A program made the translations under genes and the position numbers. A stretch of 64,000 nucleotides of DNA from Podarcis vaucheri (taxonomy: Eukaryota), in the NCBI GenBank assembly GCA_965113315.1, contig OZ220371.1; one strand, given 5' to 3'. The notes under the pieces are model-generated. The model was not told the origin of the DNA. It saw only the letters and a list, made by a program, of their open reading frames with translations, and searched no databases. The first letter of the stretch is position 1; each line of letters begins with the position of its first letter. Of this stretch, positions 36,882 through 49,458 are shown piece after piece.

Positions 36882-38343
36882 ATGGCTAAAATTGCCCTTA
36901 AAATAGTGACACTGCCCTAGATAGTTGTTTCCATACATCTTGAAACAAATGCCATATTTATTTGTAGAGATGCACAAAGATTTGCATCTGTTCCTATTTT
37001 ACACCAGTTGGCCCACGTATTCTCCTCTCTCGTACAATTGAGTTCAGCGGCTTCCTCAGAAAAGATATAGCCCATTGAGCTAAAGAAGACTTGATAATGA
37101 AACCATTTGTGTACACACCATTAGCCATACAGACGTTAATAGCTCTTTTGGCATCATTATATATATAATGAAAAAGTTGATGCCTTGTAATCTTATGGAA
37201 TTTTCTTTAACATAGATGGCAGCTGTATGTCTGCTTTCCACAATTATTTCTCAACAGTTGTTCATTTGCTGTAAATCTAGTCTTAGAAAAATAAAATAAA
37301 ATATGGAATCGTGTGAAGTATATAAATTGCCTATCATCTGTCTTCGTTCCTGAGTCCTGAGTTGTGGCTTTGCAGCACAGATGCACAAAGAAGAAGAAAC
37401 AATGACGGTCAAAGCAAATGACAGAAATTGTGTTGTTTGTGAGAGCTTGTCTACATCCTCCGAAAACAATTTTGTGGAATGGCTTTCTGAAGTTGGGGCA
37501 TCACATTTTTTATGGTCCCCTCCCCACATTAAAAACGAGCACCATTTACTTAGAAAATGAACATACCAGGTTAGGATGGCTTGGCCCAAACCTTTCACTG
37601 CAAGATTCTAGTTTTCTACAACCAAGGGGGGGGGATAATATTATCTTCTTACATATTTTCTATCCTTCCTCTAAAGATCTCAGAGCTGTACACACATAGG
37701 ATTGTCTCCATTTTATGCTCACTGTGTGCTTTCCTCTGTCCTCCATACTACACCTACTCTGGCTCTCAGTCCTGTGCCCATCTTTATCACTTCCTAAAGC
37801 ATACCATCAGAAGAGAGCTATTTTTTTCTTTAAATTTATCTATTCTGCCTTCTCGTTCACTCACAGTGTCCTGTGGCAGCTTACATTACTATTGCATCAT
37901 TAATCATCACATGATTTTTCCAAACGTGTAAACAGGCTCTGAGTAACGTTTTATTTTAAGAGGAAAAACAGCACCCCGGGCCTATCCATCACTGGAGCAT
38001 AAATGTTGCATTTGCTTATGCAGGCTCATGGCCTCAGTTAAGCCATGCAAATAGCATAGACCATCTACCTGGGTACTTTCCTCTAGCCTTCACCTGACCT
38101 TTCCCCATGCCAATCCACCTCACCAACTGAGGAGGCTCTTATTCAGGTTTTTGCCTTTCAGGTTCATATTTTAAAAGTACTGGTTTGAACAATCTGATTC
38201 AGAACTATTATTGCTTCTTGTAGTGTTAGAAAACAGTTTTTCACGGCTACTGAAACATTAGGTGGTTAGAAAAATGTAGAAGGAAAAGGGGTGGGGGCTT
38301 TCTTTTCCTAACAAACTCCCTTGAAAAATCAAATGGCTAATTC

Positions 38344-38480
38344 CAGTGCTATTTTTCTAGAAAAAGAGGTGCTGGAACTCACCATGAACACCTCCCTTGT
38401 TCTCTTATAATGGCAATGGCACCCACCTATGAGGTGCTGGAACTGAGTTCCAGTGAGTTCCAGCTGGAAAAAAGTCCAAC
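38344..38480 (+). mobile_element. hAT-type MITE (partial paralogue at 60787-60878)
   Basis: cagtgctatttttctagaaaaagaggtgctggaactc...gagttccagctggaaaaaag. Confidence 0.65.
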
Positions 38481-39499
38481 CTATTTCTCACTTCATTAAT
38501 GGTAACTGTAGGAATTTCCTCATTGCAAAGACACCGTTCCTCCCTTTGTGCATTAAGTAATCATGACACCATGACTGCATTCCTGTTATTTCAGAGATTT
38601 TCCTCTCACTAAGAGACTGCTCCGTATTCAAGTGTTTGTTCCTTGGACCTCAAATTTTAAATTAATGCCATGCAGAGTTCAAACGTGTAGCTGCCTAGGA
38701 GATGTTTCGGTCCTGGTGATTAGCATATGTTCCCTATATAAACATCACCCTTTTGTGCCATGTTTTTTTTTCTAATCATGAGAAATTTTAATTAGAGCTT
38801 CTAATGGCCCACTCCATAAGATTATTGATATTGAAGTGAATGAACTGGGAAATGTATTCCTAGGAAAGCAACAGAGTAAAATACAGATCAGTGGACTAGG
38901 CCACTGGAAGTACATCTCAAAGAAGTATTATGTGTGCTCAGCTTTAAGCTTCCATCTGTACTTACCCTGGCAAGAAAGGAAACCTTATATATAGACTTCA
39001 ATGCATGCTGAGATGTTGTAATGTTCTAGGTGGCCTGCTTTACAGAGGTCTGTGTCGGGTCGGCCGGGGGCTAGGATGACCCCAGGCATACAACAGGAAC
39101 GATTCCAGCTGTCTCTCCCATCAGCATGCAGTGTGCAGCTCTAGGGAGTTCCAAACCATATTCCCCGACATTTATAATGACTCATATCTTGGAGACACTG
39201 AGCACATATTCAGAGTCCAGCAGAGATAAACGCAGTCAGAGCTAGGCTGGGGTTGTGAACTCTAAAACTACTTTCTTAAGCATAAGGCAGAACAAAAGAA
39301 AACATGTCTGTTCTCTCTCGTCTTTCTCAGAGAGAAGTCAGAAGTGAAAGCAGAAACAAATGGAAACAGAGTACAGTAAACATCTGCTCCCGTGATTCCA
39401 ACAATCGGTGCTGGAATGCTTAACATAGACATGTGATGAACCAATCCTACACAATATCTGCACAGTGAGAGGAATAGAAATCTAACATCCTCCCCCTTT

Positions 39500-39625
39500 C
39501 TATGTATCACTGGGCAGTATGTTAGTGTGTATCTGAAGAAGTGTGCATGCACACGAATGCTCATACCAAGAACTAACTTAGTTGGTCTTTAAGGTGCTAC
39601 TGGAAGGAATTTATTTTTATTTTTA
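39500..39625 (+). mobile_element. Penelope-like element terminal fragment containing a minimal hammerhead motif
   Basis: gtat-CTGAAGA-a-gtgtgc-at-gcacac-GAAt-gctc-atac, followed by gttggtctttaaggtgctact as in amniote Penelope ends. Confidence 0.7.
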
Positions 39626-40199
39626 GTATAACCACAGTTTCTGTACATAGGCACTGTGTCGTTCCCTGGGAACGACCTTGGATAACAAATCAGCAGGAAT
39701 CTAAGTTCCTGGCATATAGGACACCGTTACGAGTCCATTCTGAACACATTCCCTTGCACGTCGTGATTTCAACTGCAAGTACTTTGTGCTTTGCTTACAA
39801 CTCTCAGAAGTTAGCAAAGACAAACATGGGGGCTATTTGAATGGCTTTCAGAGAGCAGGCCTCTGTTTAAAGGTGTTCTCTATTTGAAGAGCTCTCTGGT
39901 TCAAGTTTAATGATAAAGAACCTCAAGAAGGATGAAGAACTACAAGGGGGATAAAGAATCATAAGAAGAACCATGGAGAACCATAAGAAGAGAGAGCAGG
40001 GGCCTTGAAGCTGCCCATCTACAGTACTTGAACAGCCAGCACACAAGTACTGGGACTTGTTGACTTATTCATAAATAACCTGCAGTTAGTCATGAGCAGT
40101 CAGGGAGCCAAGTTTGTTGAAGACACCCAACTAACTGCTCAAGGTGGTATGAAAGGAAAGGAATAGCACAGAGCTTGTGTTGTCCTCCTCTGCCCCACT

Positions 40200-40720
40200 G
40201 CCAGTCATTTGTAAATGGGCCTTGCCCAGATAAAACATCTGTGAGGACTCAAAAGGGCATCAGAAGAGTATTGATGAGATTCCCAACAGCTCTTTGGAAC
40301 GACAAGGTCCAGAGGAATGTTAAGGAGAAAATGCTTTTTTTCAATTACAGTTGAGAAAATACAGCAAGCCGGGGCCTCTGTTACGTAGCCTTTGCAAGGC
40401 ACACCCATTCCAAAAGTGATTGCTTCAGAGATAATCCAACGAAGCTCTTAATTAAAATCTTATTGATGTATTGCATCTATGGAGATAATTAAATACAACT
40501 TCAGGTTTTGCATACAAACACATATTTATCTTGCCAGGGAAATAATTGAAAAGAAAGCACTTGATAGATCAGCCATCGTGGAGATGTTTGTGTCAGAGGA
40601 GCTTGCTGTTTGTATAAAGCAGCAATTAACAGGGAAAGCTTGCAAAACTTTCTTTTAATTGACCAAATGACAAAATTTAGTCAAACATTTGTTTCCTTAA
40701 GCCAGATATTTGAGGTTTTA
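40200..40720. promoter_or_regulatory. Candidate conserved non-coding element or enhancer
   Basis: TE-free; several TAATTA/TAATTG homeodomain-type sites plus TGACA/TGTCA and forkhead-like sites; conservation untested. Confidence 0.35.
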
Positions 40721-40914
40721 AAAAACCTGACAGCAGCACCCAGTGCTCAGGTTGCCCGATCTCCAGGTTTGACTTGAAGTTTCCAGGTTTGTTGGGTCAC
40801 GAGCCAGCTGCAAATTATTGCATAGACTCTAGGGGGAGTCTGCCCTCCTCCACTCTGTGAATTAACCTCAGGCTCTGCAAATTATTGCACAGACTCTCCA
40901 GAGGGTTTGTCCTC

Positions 40915-40952
<38 letters not shown>

Positions 40953-40986
40953 CTCTCTCTCTCTCCCTCCCTCCCTCCCTCCCTCC
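40915..40986. repeat. Compound polypyrimidine microsatellite (TTTC)n(TC)n(CCCT)n
   Basis: Direct reading. Confidence 0.95.
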
Positions 40987-41648
40987 TGGAGGCAGAAGAA
41001 AAGCCTGGACTGGAAAATTCTCAGTCCCATTCCAGCCTTCCCCCCCCCTTCTGCCTCCATGGCAATCCCCAACCCCCCAACTCCCACATGAATTAATCCC
41101 CTTGGGAACCCAAGGAATAGGCATAATAAACCACACTGGATATCTAAAAGAATAGTGCAATGGAAGGGGGACAAGTGAGGATCCTTGCAATTTTTACTTT
41201 GGTAGACTACAACACCCATCACATCCAGTGCCTTGAACACAGAGCTTCAACTGGATGGAAGGACACCTCCTTTAGCTAAAGTTTTTATCTGAATTTCCAA
41301 CTAGTGACATATTTGCTCATTTGTTAAACTTCCTGTTGTTTCATTTGAATGATATGATTTCAGCGACTGTGGTTATTGCTTAATATGTCATGTTTAGCAT
41401 CACTGGGCCCTGCACCCATGAGATCACCTTGATTCACCCCTAGGTCTCAAAGTTTGGGCTCCTTAGAGGAACAGTGGGATATAAAAGTGGGGGGGGGGGT
41501 TCATCCCCAGCTTTTTTAAAACTACCCTCACTTATAATTTGTTTCATTGTTTGAAATTACAGGTACTAAATGAACACAGAAGATATATAATATTATTCAA
41601 ACAACCATTATATGATATTGTTAAAGTGTTGCATCTCACTAAACATTA

Positions 41649-42012
41649 AAAAAAGGTAAAGGTAAAGGACCCCTGACAGACGACTCTGGGATTGCAGCGC
41701 TCATCTTGCTTTACAGGCCCAGGGAGCCGGTGTTTGTCTACAGACAGTTTTTCCGGGTCATGTGGCCAGAATGACTATGCCACTTCTGGCACACGGAACA
41801 CTGAAACCAGAGCAGTGCATGGAAACGCCATTTACCTTCCCACCAGAGCGGTACCTATTTATCTAGTTGCACCTTTTTTGGGTGTGCTTTCGAACTGCTA
41901 GGTTGGCAGGAGCTGGGACCAAGCAACAAGAGTTCACCCCGTTGCGGGGATTCAAACCACTGACCTTCTGATCGGCAAGTCCAAGAGGCTCAGTGATTTA
42001 GACCACTTTCTG
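41649..42012 (-). mobile_element. Sauria SINE with small internal deletion
   Basis: 13-bp TSD tcactaaacatta (41636-41648, 42013-42025). Confidence 0.92.
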
Positions 42013-43085
42013 TCACTAAACATTAGCAGCTTTTAAAAAGGGCAAAAATGAAATTTCATAAACATTTCAAATTTGAAAACATTTCAAGTTCTACATTGCA
42101 AACCTTGCAATCAGATTCTTATGTCCAATTCCATACTTCCCTACTATGTTTCATAGATTAGGACTGCAGATTACTCAGCTCCACAGAAATTGATTTTTAC
42201 ACATTGCTACATATTACAAGGGTGAAAAATTAATACATTCGTCTGCTTCTGTTGAGCCTCATCAATGTAGAAAAGTTACGTTTAAATATAATTATGGATC
42301 CCATTGCAGTTCTTTTGTACATTTACAAGATATTCAGAACTCCTTAAATATATGTTGACTGTTTGGTATCTTGGTTAATTAAGCTATTTCATTTCCACTA
42401 ACTTGGTTTAAAAATATATATTTATCTAATGTAGGATAACTACAGCTTGGATGTTGAATCCCTGTTTGCAGTCATCTGGATTAGTAGGAGAAGAAATCAA
42501 CAAGGTAGAGGTGTAATTAATTCTAATAAAGTTATTTGTTGTCTTTAGAGTTATTTGTTAGCATGAGCCAATGCACCGACATTAGTAAAGCCAAGGGTAA
42601 TTTATATTGTCAGGACACTCAATAGAAAAACAGGCTGCAAGGTATCCTGTTCCACTAAGTTGAAAAAAAATGTGTTTGGCTACATATTGACAGGTTTAAG
42701 GTTGCGTGAATTTTACAGATAATAAAGGAGGCAACATTTGGTGCTAGAAGTTGAGTGTCCCCATCAGAGGTACAACCCCGAGCATAATGAAAAAGTTCTT
42801 GAAAACGAATCCTCTGAATTAATGTATTCAGCCAATGTATTAGGAAAACATTTTCAAAATATTACATATAATCACTAATTGCTGACTAGCCAAACGAAGA
42901 AGTTGAACCCTTCAGGAATCCAGAAACATTATGACAGTCTACTGATTTCTCTAAAATGCGTAATTGAACGACAGACCACTCTTTCATCATGTAACACATT
43001 TCTCATCTCAAGCAAAAGTCCAGTCCAAAAACCCCATTTGCATTAGGCTGTGAATATGCAAACTAAATGACCCCATATGAATTTA

Positions 43086-43969
43086 CAGTGGTGCCTCGCA
43101 AGACGAAATTAATTCGTTCCGCAAGTCTCTTCGTCTTGCGGTTTTTTCGTCTTGCGATGCATGGTTTCCCATAGGAATGCATTGAAAATCAATTAATGCG
43201 TTCCTAGGGAAACCGCCTTCAGACCAGGTCCGGGGACAGTCTGTCCCTGGACCTCTTCTGAAGGCTGGGGGGGGACAAGGGCTTTTCTTCCCACCCCCAG
43301 CATTTTAAAAAAAACCCGGGACAGCGGAGGACTTCTCCGCTGTCCGGGGCGATTTAAAAGCCCCTGGGAAGGCAGGCAGGGGGGACAAAGACTTTTGCCC
43401 CCCGCCAGCCTTCAGAAGAGGTCCTGGACCTCTTCTGAAGGTGGGCGGGGGGCGAAAGTCTTTGCTCCCCCCCCCCCGCCTGCCTTCAAAAGCCCTCCAG
43501 GACAGGCAGGCAGGGGGGAGCAAAGACTTTCGCCCCCCGCCCGCCTTCAGAAGGTGTCCCCTGCCCCCCGCCCGGCTTCGGAGCACCGGGAGAAGCGATC
43601 TCCCCGCAGCCCCTTGCTTCAAAAGAGGTCCGGGGGCAGTGCAAAGAGCTTCCCGCTGCCCCCGGACCTCTTTTGAAGCAAGGGGCTGCGGGGAGATCGC
43701 TTCTCCCCACAGCCCCTTGCTTCAAAAGAGGTCCGGGGGCAGCGGGAAGCGCTTCCCGCTGTCCCTGGACCTGGGGCTGCGGGGAGAAGATCGCTTCTCC
43801 CCGCCGCCCCTTGCTTCAAAAGAGAAGACCCGCTGTCCCCGGGGCAAGCTTCGTTTTGCGAAGCAAGCCCATAGGGAAATTCGTCTTGCGAGGCAACTCG
43901 AAAACGAAAAAACCTTTCATTTTGCGAGTTTTTCGTCTCGCGAGGCGTTCGTCTTGCGGGGTACCACTG
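43086..43969. mobile_element. 884-bp Tc1/mariner (pogo-like) non-autonomous element with GC-rich internal palindrome array
   Basis: TIR cagtggtgcctcgcaagacg / cgtcttgcggggtaccactg; TA TSD; CpG-rich. Confidence 0.92.
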
Positions 43970-44013
43970 TATGGGGAAAACTTGTCTAGCTCAAGGCACA
44001 CCTCTATATAAGG

Positions 44014-44149
44014 CAGATGTCCCCAAACATGGTGCCTTCAAGGTGCAATGGATTACAACTCCCATTAGCCCCAGCCAGCAGGGCAAGGTTCAGGAAGATG
44101 GGAGGTATAGTGTGAAACATTTCAGTGGTACCAGGGTTGGAGAAAGCTG
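44014..44149. mobile_element. Degenerate palindromic hAT MITE
   Basis: ggattacaactcccattagccc...gatgggaggtatagt core; ends ggttggagaaagctg. Confidence 0.6.
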
Positions 44150-44532
44150 ATGCAATAAGTGGCATGGATTTTACAGGAAACACATGGAGGTGTCAGCAAG
44201 TGTCAGCAAGAGGAGCAGGGAGCCAGAAAGAAGACAAAAGTCCCAATCAGGAAGTGCAACAACGTCAACAATTTGGGAACTAAGCACAGGCCAGGAAATA
44301 GGGTTAGCTCTTCTGGATTGCATGATCTCATGATTTTGGAGATCCTTGTCCACGGAGTCCGCATTTTGGCTTGAATTTATAGTGCATTGGCTCTCCTGGT
44401 GCAGCCAGTAGCAGGAAATTAGGGTCTGACCCACAGTCTCTTTCTTGGAGCCCTCTGGTGCTTGTAAATGCCAGGGAAACCCATCCCCTTTGCTGTCTCA
44501 CAGCACAACCAATAGTAGGGGCCTGGGACATA

Positions 44533-44888
44533 CCATATTGGCACGAATATAAGCTGCACCCAATATAAGCCGCATCTTTGAAATGGGGGGGGGGAGAAAA
44601 AAATACCCAAATATAAGCTGCTCCATTCCTTGCTGCTCCTGACTACATACTGGGGGGCAGGAGCCACACTGTGTTGCTGGTGGCCTTCCCCCTTCCTAGC
44701 TCTCTCCCCAGCCTTGGAGGAGAGGGTGGGGATTACGTGTGGGGCAGGTGCTCCTTTCCCACGATCCTGGCACTGTTTGCCCTGTGCCCCTGGCTGCATA
44801 CCGTAAGGTCATGCATATAAGCCGCACTTTAACTTTTCATGGTCAGAATTGGGGGGGGGGAGTGAGGCTTATATTCAAGCCAATATGG
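44533..44888. mobile_element. Tc1/mariner (Tc2/pogo-like) MITE
   Basis: TIR ccatattggcacgaatataagc / gcttatattcaagccaatatgg; TA TSD; repeated aatataagc(c/t)gc. Confidence 0.88.
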
Positions 44889-47800
44889 TATGTGGTTGGA
44901 AGAAGTTGCAAGATAATAGCTGGGGGTGGCAGTGGCTCCTATCATCATAATCTCTGGCTGTATAAAAGAGGCCCGATTCAAGGAGAGAGCTTGACTGGCA
45001 TCAGAAGAGCAAGGAACAGCAAAGGCCACAGCAGCAAAAATGACAACACTGGCATCACTAGCAAGCTCTTTTGCTAGTGGGTGGGTGCTGTTTCCAAAAC
45101 CACCAACTTCCTGCTTCAACAAGATCCCCAACAGCAGGTGAAGAAACACCACCAGACCTTGGGAGAACCTTGTGCTGTATCCATGGAAGTTGATCCATTA
45201 GGGCAAGCGAGGTGCTGTCACACCAACTTCGGTCTGCCTTCAGCCAGCCCCCACCTCATTATTTCATACCCCTCAACTATCCCAGGAAAACCTCCTCATT
45301 TTTTGAACAACAGCAAGGTGGCCATTTTGGGCGCCATGAGCTCACCCTGAAAAAAAGCCATGTGGGTCACGTGACTCACCCGGGAACGTAGCCCAAAGAG
45401 GTTTGTCCCAGTTTTTGGCCTGGATACATTGGAGGGTATGTACTTCCTTACTTACAACCAGCCAAGAGGGTCTGATCAACCACCACTGCCTCTCTAGAAG
45501 TAAACTTATGGGACTGAAAGGAGAGCTCCACATCCCTTGCAGTATCTTTCAGGCTTCGTGGCTTGCTTAATTGCACTAAAGAACGTGAGACAAATGTTCT
45601 CTGAACCAGTGTGACAGATCTGCTGCCTTCTTGCAGAGAGCCGGTGAGTGCTTTGCGGCAATTTGTATGTAATAGCTTTGCGGTGCCCGTTTCTGTAAGT
45701 GGGGTTCTCTAACGAATCTTTGTTTCCCAGCCCTCTCAGGTTTTAAAGTCCCATCTTGAAGCATCTGCAAGAGTTTTATGTAGAGAAAAAGAGGGGCCTG
45801 GTCTACCTGCCCAGATCCACTGTGGGAACTGCTAAAATAAATGGCTTGCTTGTTTTCAAAGATTACTCCGAGCAGTCCTCCTAGCCTCCATCAAGCAAGG
45901 TCTTCCAGCATGCAGGGATAATGTGGAAATTTGTTTTCAAGAAAAAAGCTTATCCCGTCGAGTGCTCCGTTTATTCTGCTCTTGCAATTTTCTTTAATGT
46001 CTCTGGCAAACAACAAGTACAATGATAATCTTTTTTTCCCCTCCACCACAGGATTGTGGGGTTTCTTTTTGTTGTTGTTTTTACACAAAGAAAAGTTCAA
46101 ACTCTAAATGACGTACTATTGGTATTTTTACACTATACAGATTTATAGGGATGTTAGTCCTTGGGAGACCAACAGGGAAGGAGAGGATTTATATTCTTTA
46201 CTAGAATAGTTGTTGGTGGGGAGAAATGGTACAGAGAGACCTTCGGGGAGAAAACAGCTCATTGAGCAATTGCTTCAGGCAGTGTTTTAAATAAAATCAA
46301 TTCCGGATATAACACCACTGCCATTTTCGTAAAACAAATAATGAACCTAGATTCCATTTGTTTATATTAGGAGCTCATTTCCACATGCTGGGCCTAGTAA
46401 AGCTATTGCCCCCCTCTTGAACCTTTGGCGGGCAAATGGAACTTATTCTCAGAATCAATAAAGCCCAAAAGGCAAGGAGGTTTGGAAAGTTATTGTCAAG
46501 ACTGTGTGGTCACTTATCTGCCATTTGTATTTGACTTCCCGTTCTGTGTGTGTTTGTTTTTCATTCTAGTCGTTTGCAGACTCCTGGGGAGTAAAAATGT
46601 GTAGGGAAAAAACATCCAGGTAAGCATATGGTTCGGGATGATAATATGTGACTTGTTTAGGATGTTGATGCTCTTGGAAACTTCAGGTATGGTCTGGGTA
46701 AGAAAGAGCAAAACGAAAAACTCCAAACACAATTCTCTTCCAAATCCTCTATTTCTTTTTTTGTCTAGTACTCGTTCCTTAATCTGCAGAAATGTTTTTG
46801 TTATCTCAATTGTTAATGATATTTAGAGCCTCATGTCTAATGAGTCTGCAATTAATCCCAAGCATATTGTGTGCGGTGCTTAGCTTTCTTTTAAAAACAA
46901 AAACCACATTTCTACGGCTCTTCTGTATTAATATTTGATAAACCTCAGGCTTAGCTATAAAACAGAAGATCTAACTCCAGTCTGCTTTTCTCCAAATCCG
47001 TTGAGGCTTTCCTCTTAATCACAACATTCTAGTGCCTTTGGTATCTTCAGTTCTTTAAAGCAAAAAAGATGTGAAGGTAAAAGGTAACAATAAAGATCCC
47101 ATTTACTCTTTGCCTACCATCATATGGGTACTACTACTTCTGATATCATATGTAGCTGGGCATCTTTCCAAAACCTGATTATGAGCTGACTTAAAAGTAA
47201 GGGTCACACTACACATGATGTTCGCCACAAAGCTCTACCCTTACGTTTCGGGTTGTTGTTTCCGACAGCTAGTTCAGGGGGACGGAGATTCGGATTGCCA
47301 GCAAACGTCCCATTGAAACAAAAGTGTGCTGAACAGAAAGTTTTGTAAAGGTAGATTGAGCTGTAAGTGGCTTAAGTTCTGAAGTAATAACATGACAGCC
47401 CAGCTCATTCCACCAATCGGATCACATAACTTGTCATTCTCTTGTCCCATCGGTATTCATTTATTCCTTGAGCACTGTTGTTTACCTGTGAGATGGACTG
47501 TGAAATGGACTATGTTGTAAAGTTGAGAGGTAGTGTCATGCAAGTATGGCTGCAAATGTCACTCGATACTGTAGCTGTTGAATTTCCCATAATTTGGTGG
47601 ATCTTAAGAGTGGTGATATTTTTAACATTTACAAGAACTATATATCAGTGGAGAGGAAGCCATGGAAGCCACAAGCTACAGAAGATGAGGTTGCAGATTG
47701 GAAACACCATAATTATGGGGACCAATATCCTACCCAGAAGCACGAAGAGACATTGCATTAGGTGCTATCAGCATCTAAGCAAATTCCTTGCTTTTTATTT

Positions 47801-48695
47801 AGCTCTTATACAATGTATTTAGCCATGGCTCATCACATACATTCTCAGTCTGGATATTTTATTCATCACCATCTGTTTGGAAACATCACTAACCCTCATT
47901 ATTTGAACGTTTGATTCCAACCCCATTTTCCAAATCATCTGATTACCTGCATTCACTGTGTGCCCTCAATGTAACTCTGTAAAAATGCAAACCTATGTGA
48001 ATAGAGCTCTGCTTTGCCTGAACTTGAGCTTATTGGAATGTTGTGATGTCCCCCAGGCCATTCACAGCAATGAAGTCACAATAAAAGCATATTATTGTGT
48101 TTGCTGCAGAACAGGCTTTATTTTATATATATATGCATATATGTGCTCTGAGGAGGAAGTGCTATTGCTAAGCCCAGAATTGAGGCGCTGGGGAGATTGA
48201 GGAAAATTTCCCCCATATCATTCTGTCAGATATATGTAAGGTTAACCACATTAAGGAAGAAGTCTGCAGCTGGATTCAAAAAATGGGCTTTCCCAAACTA
48301 TGGGGCTGTGGGGAATATTTCCTCACAGAGTTTGTTGTGTTGGTCTTTTATTATTTTAAATCTGCTTTGGATGTGTAGGGATATGAAGGAATTTAGGGGA
48401 AAGAAAGTGAAGGATAGGTATGCTGAGAGTTTAAATATTTTACAGGATGCCAATAAGAGAAGAAGAAAAGAGCAGGAAGACAATGCACTCCATCATTAAT
48501 GAAAGCAATTTCTGTCATCAGAGCATCTGCAGTCAGTCAGATGTAGAAGTGCTTTGTTCTTCCAGTTGTTGTACTCTCATATCCAGAGGGGAACCAGGAA
48601 AGAGTAGGTGGGAGGCAGCACAAAAACTGAAGTGCAAGGGACAAGTGCATCTAGAGGGCTTCAAGTGCCGTAAGCACCAGGGTTGTTCTGAGAGT

Positions 48696-49041
48696 AAGGT
48701 AAAGGTGAAAAGGAAAAGGACCCCTGGGCAGTTAAGTCCAGTCAAAGGCGACTATGGGGTTGTGGCACTCATCTTGCTTTTAGGCCGAGGGAGCCAGCAT
48801 TTGTCCACAGACAGCTTTCTGGCACAATGGGACTGTGACGGAAACCAGAGCATATGGAAATACCGTTTACCTTCCTGCCACAGCGGTACCTATTTATCTA
48901 CTTGCACTGGCGTGCTTTCGAACTGCTAGGTTGGCAGAAGCTGGGACAGAGCAACAGGAGCTCACCCCATCGCTGGGATTTGAACCAGCGACCTTCTGAT
49001 CGGCAAGCCCAAGAGGCTCAGTGGTTTAGACCACATTGCCA
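48696..49041 (-). mobile_element. Sauria SINE (second subfamily, internal deletion)
   Basis: Tail aaggtaaagg; body as in the 5887 copy. Confidence 0.9.
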
Positions 49042-49458
49042 AGCAACAGTAGGAGGGTAGATGCAAGTAAAATGTTTTGGGGAAACTATGATGACTGCAC
49101 TCCTGCAAGCAAAAAGGCTGTCATGGGAGAATATGGTAGGTCTTTCCTTTATGCATGACAAAAAGAGGTTGGAAAGGAACTATTGGAGTGGAGATGTGTT
49201 TGGTATAGAATAGGAACACTGACCTTAGGTATTTTATGTATTTGTGTATGTAGTCTATAAATTTATGATTTGGCTTTCACATAAGTCTCAAGGAAAGTCT
49301 TCTTGCCATCAGCTACATTGTACCACAAGCATGGCAGCTGGGGAGGTGACAATGGTGCACTGGACATCCGAGAGGAGACCATCCCTGGCTCTGGCCAGAG
49401 GTAAGGGAACATTGCAAGGGAGTGGAGCAGAGTAAGAGCTCTCCTCTTCTCCACTCTG

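Noticed and set aside
40815-41240. ORFs with RKKE/SFFL repeats (likewise poly-Y at 62178 and poly-L at 52972)
   Set aside because: Translations of microsatellites
43305-44011. Multiple overlapping ORFs up to 182 aa
   Set aside because: Artefact of GC-rich palindromic repeats; no transposase motifs
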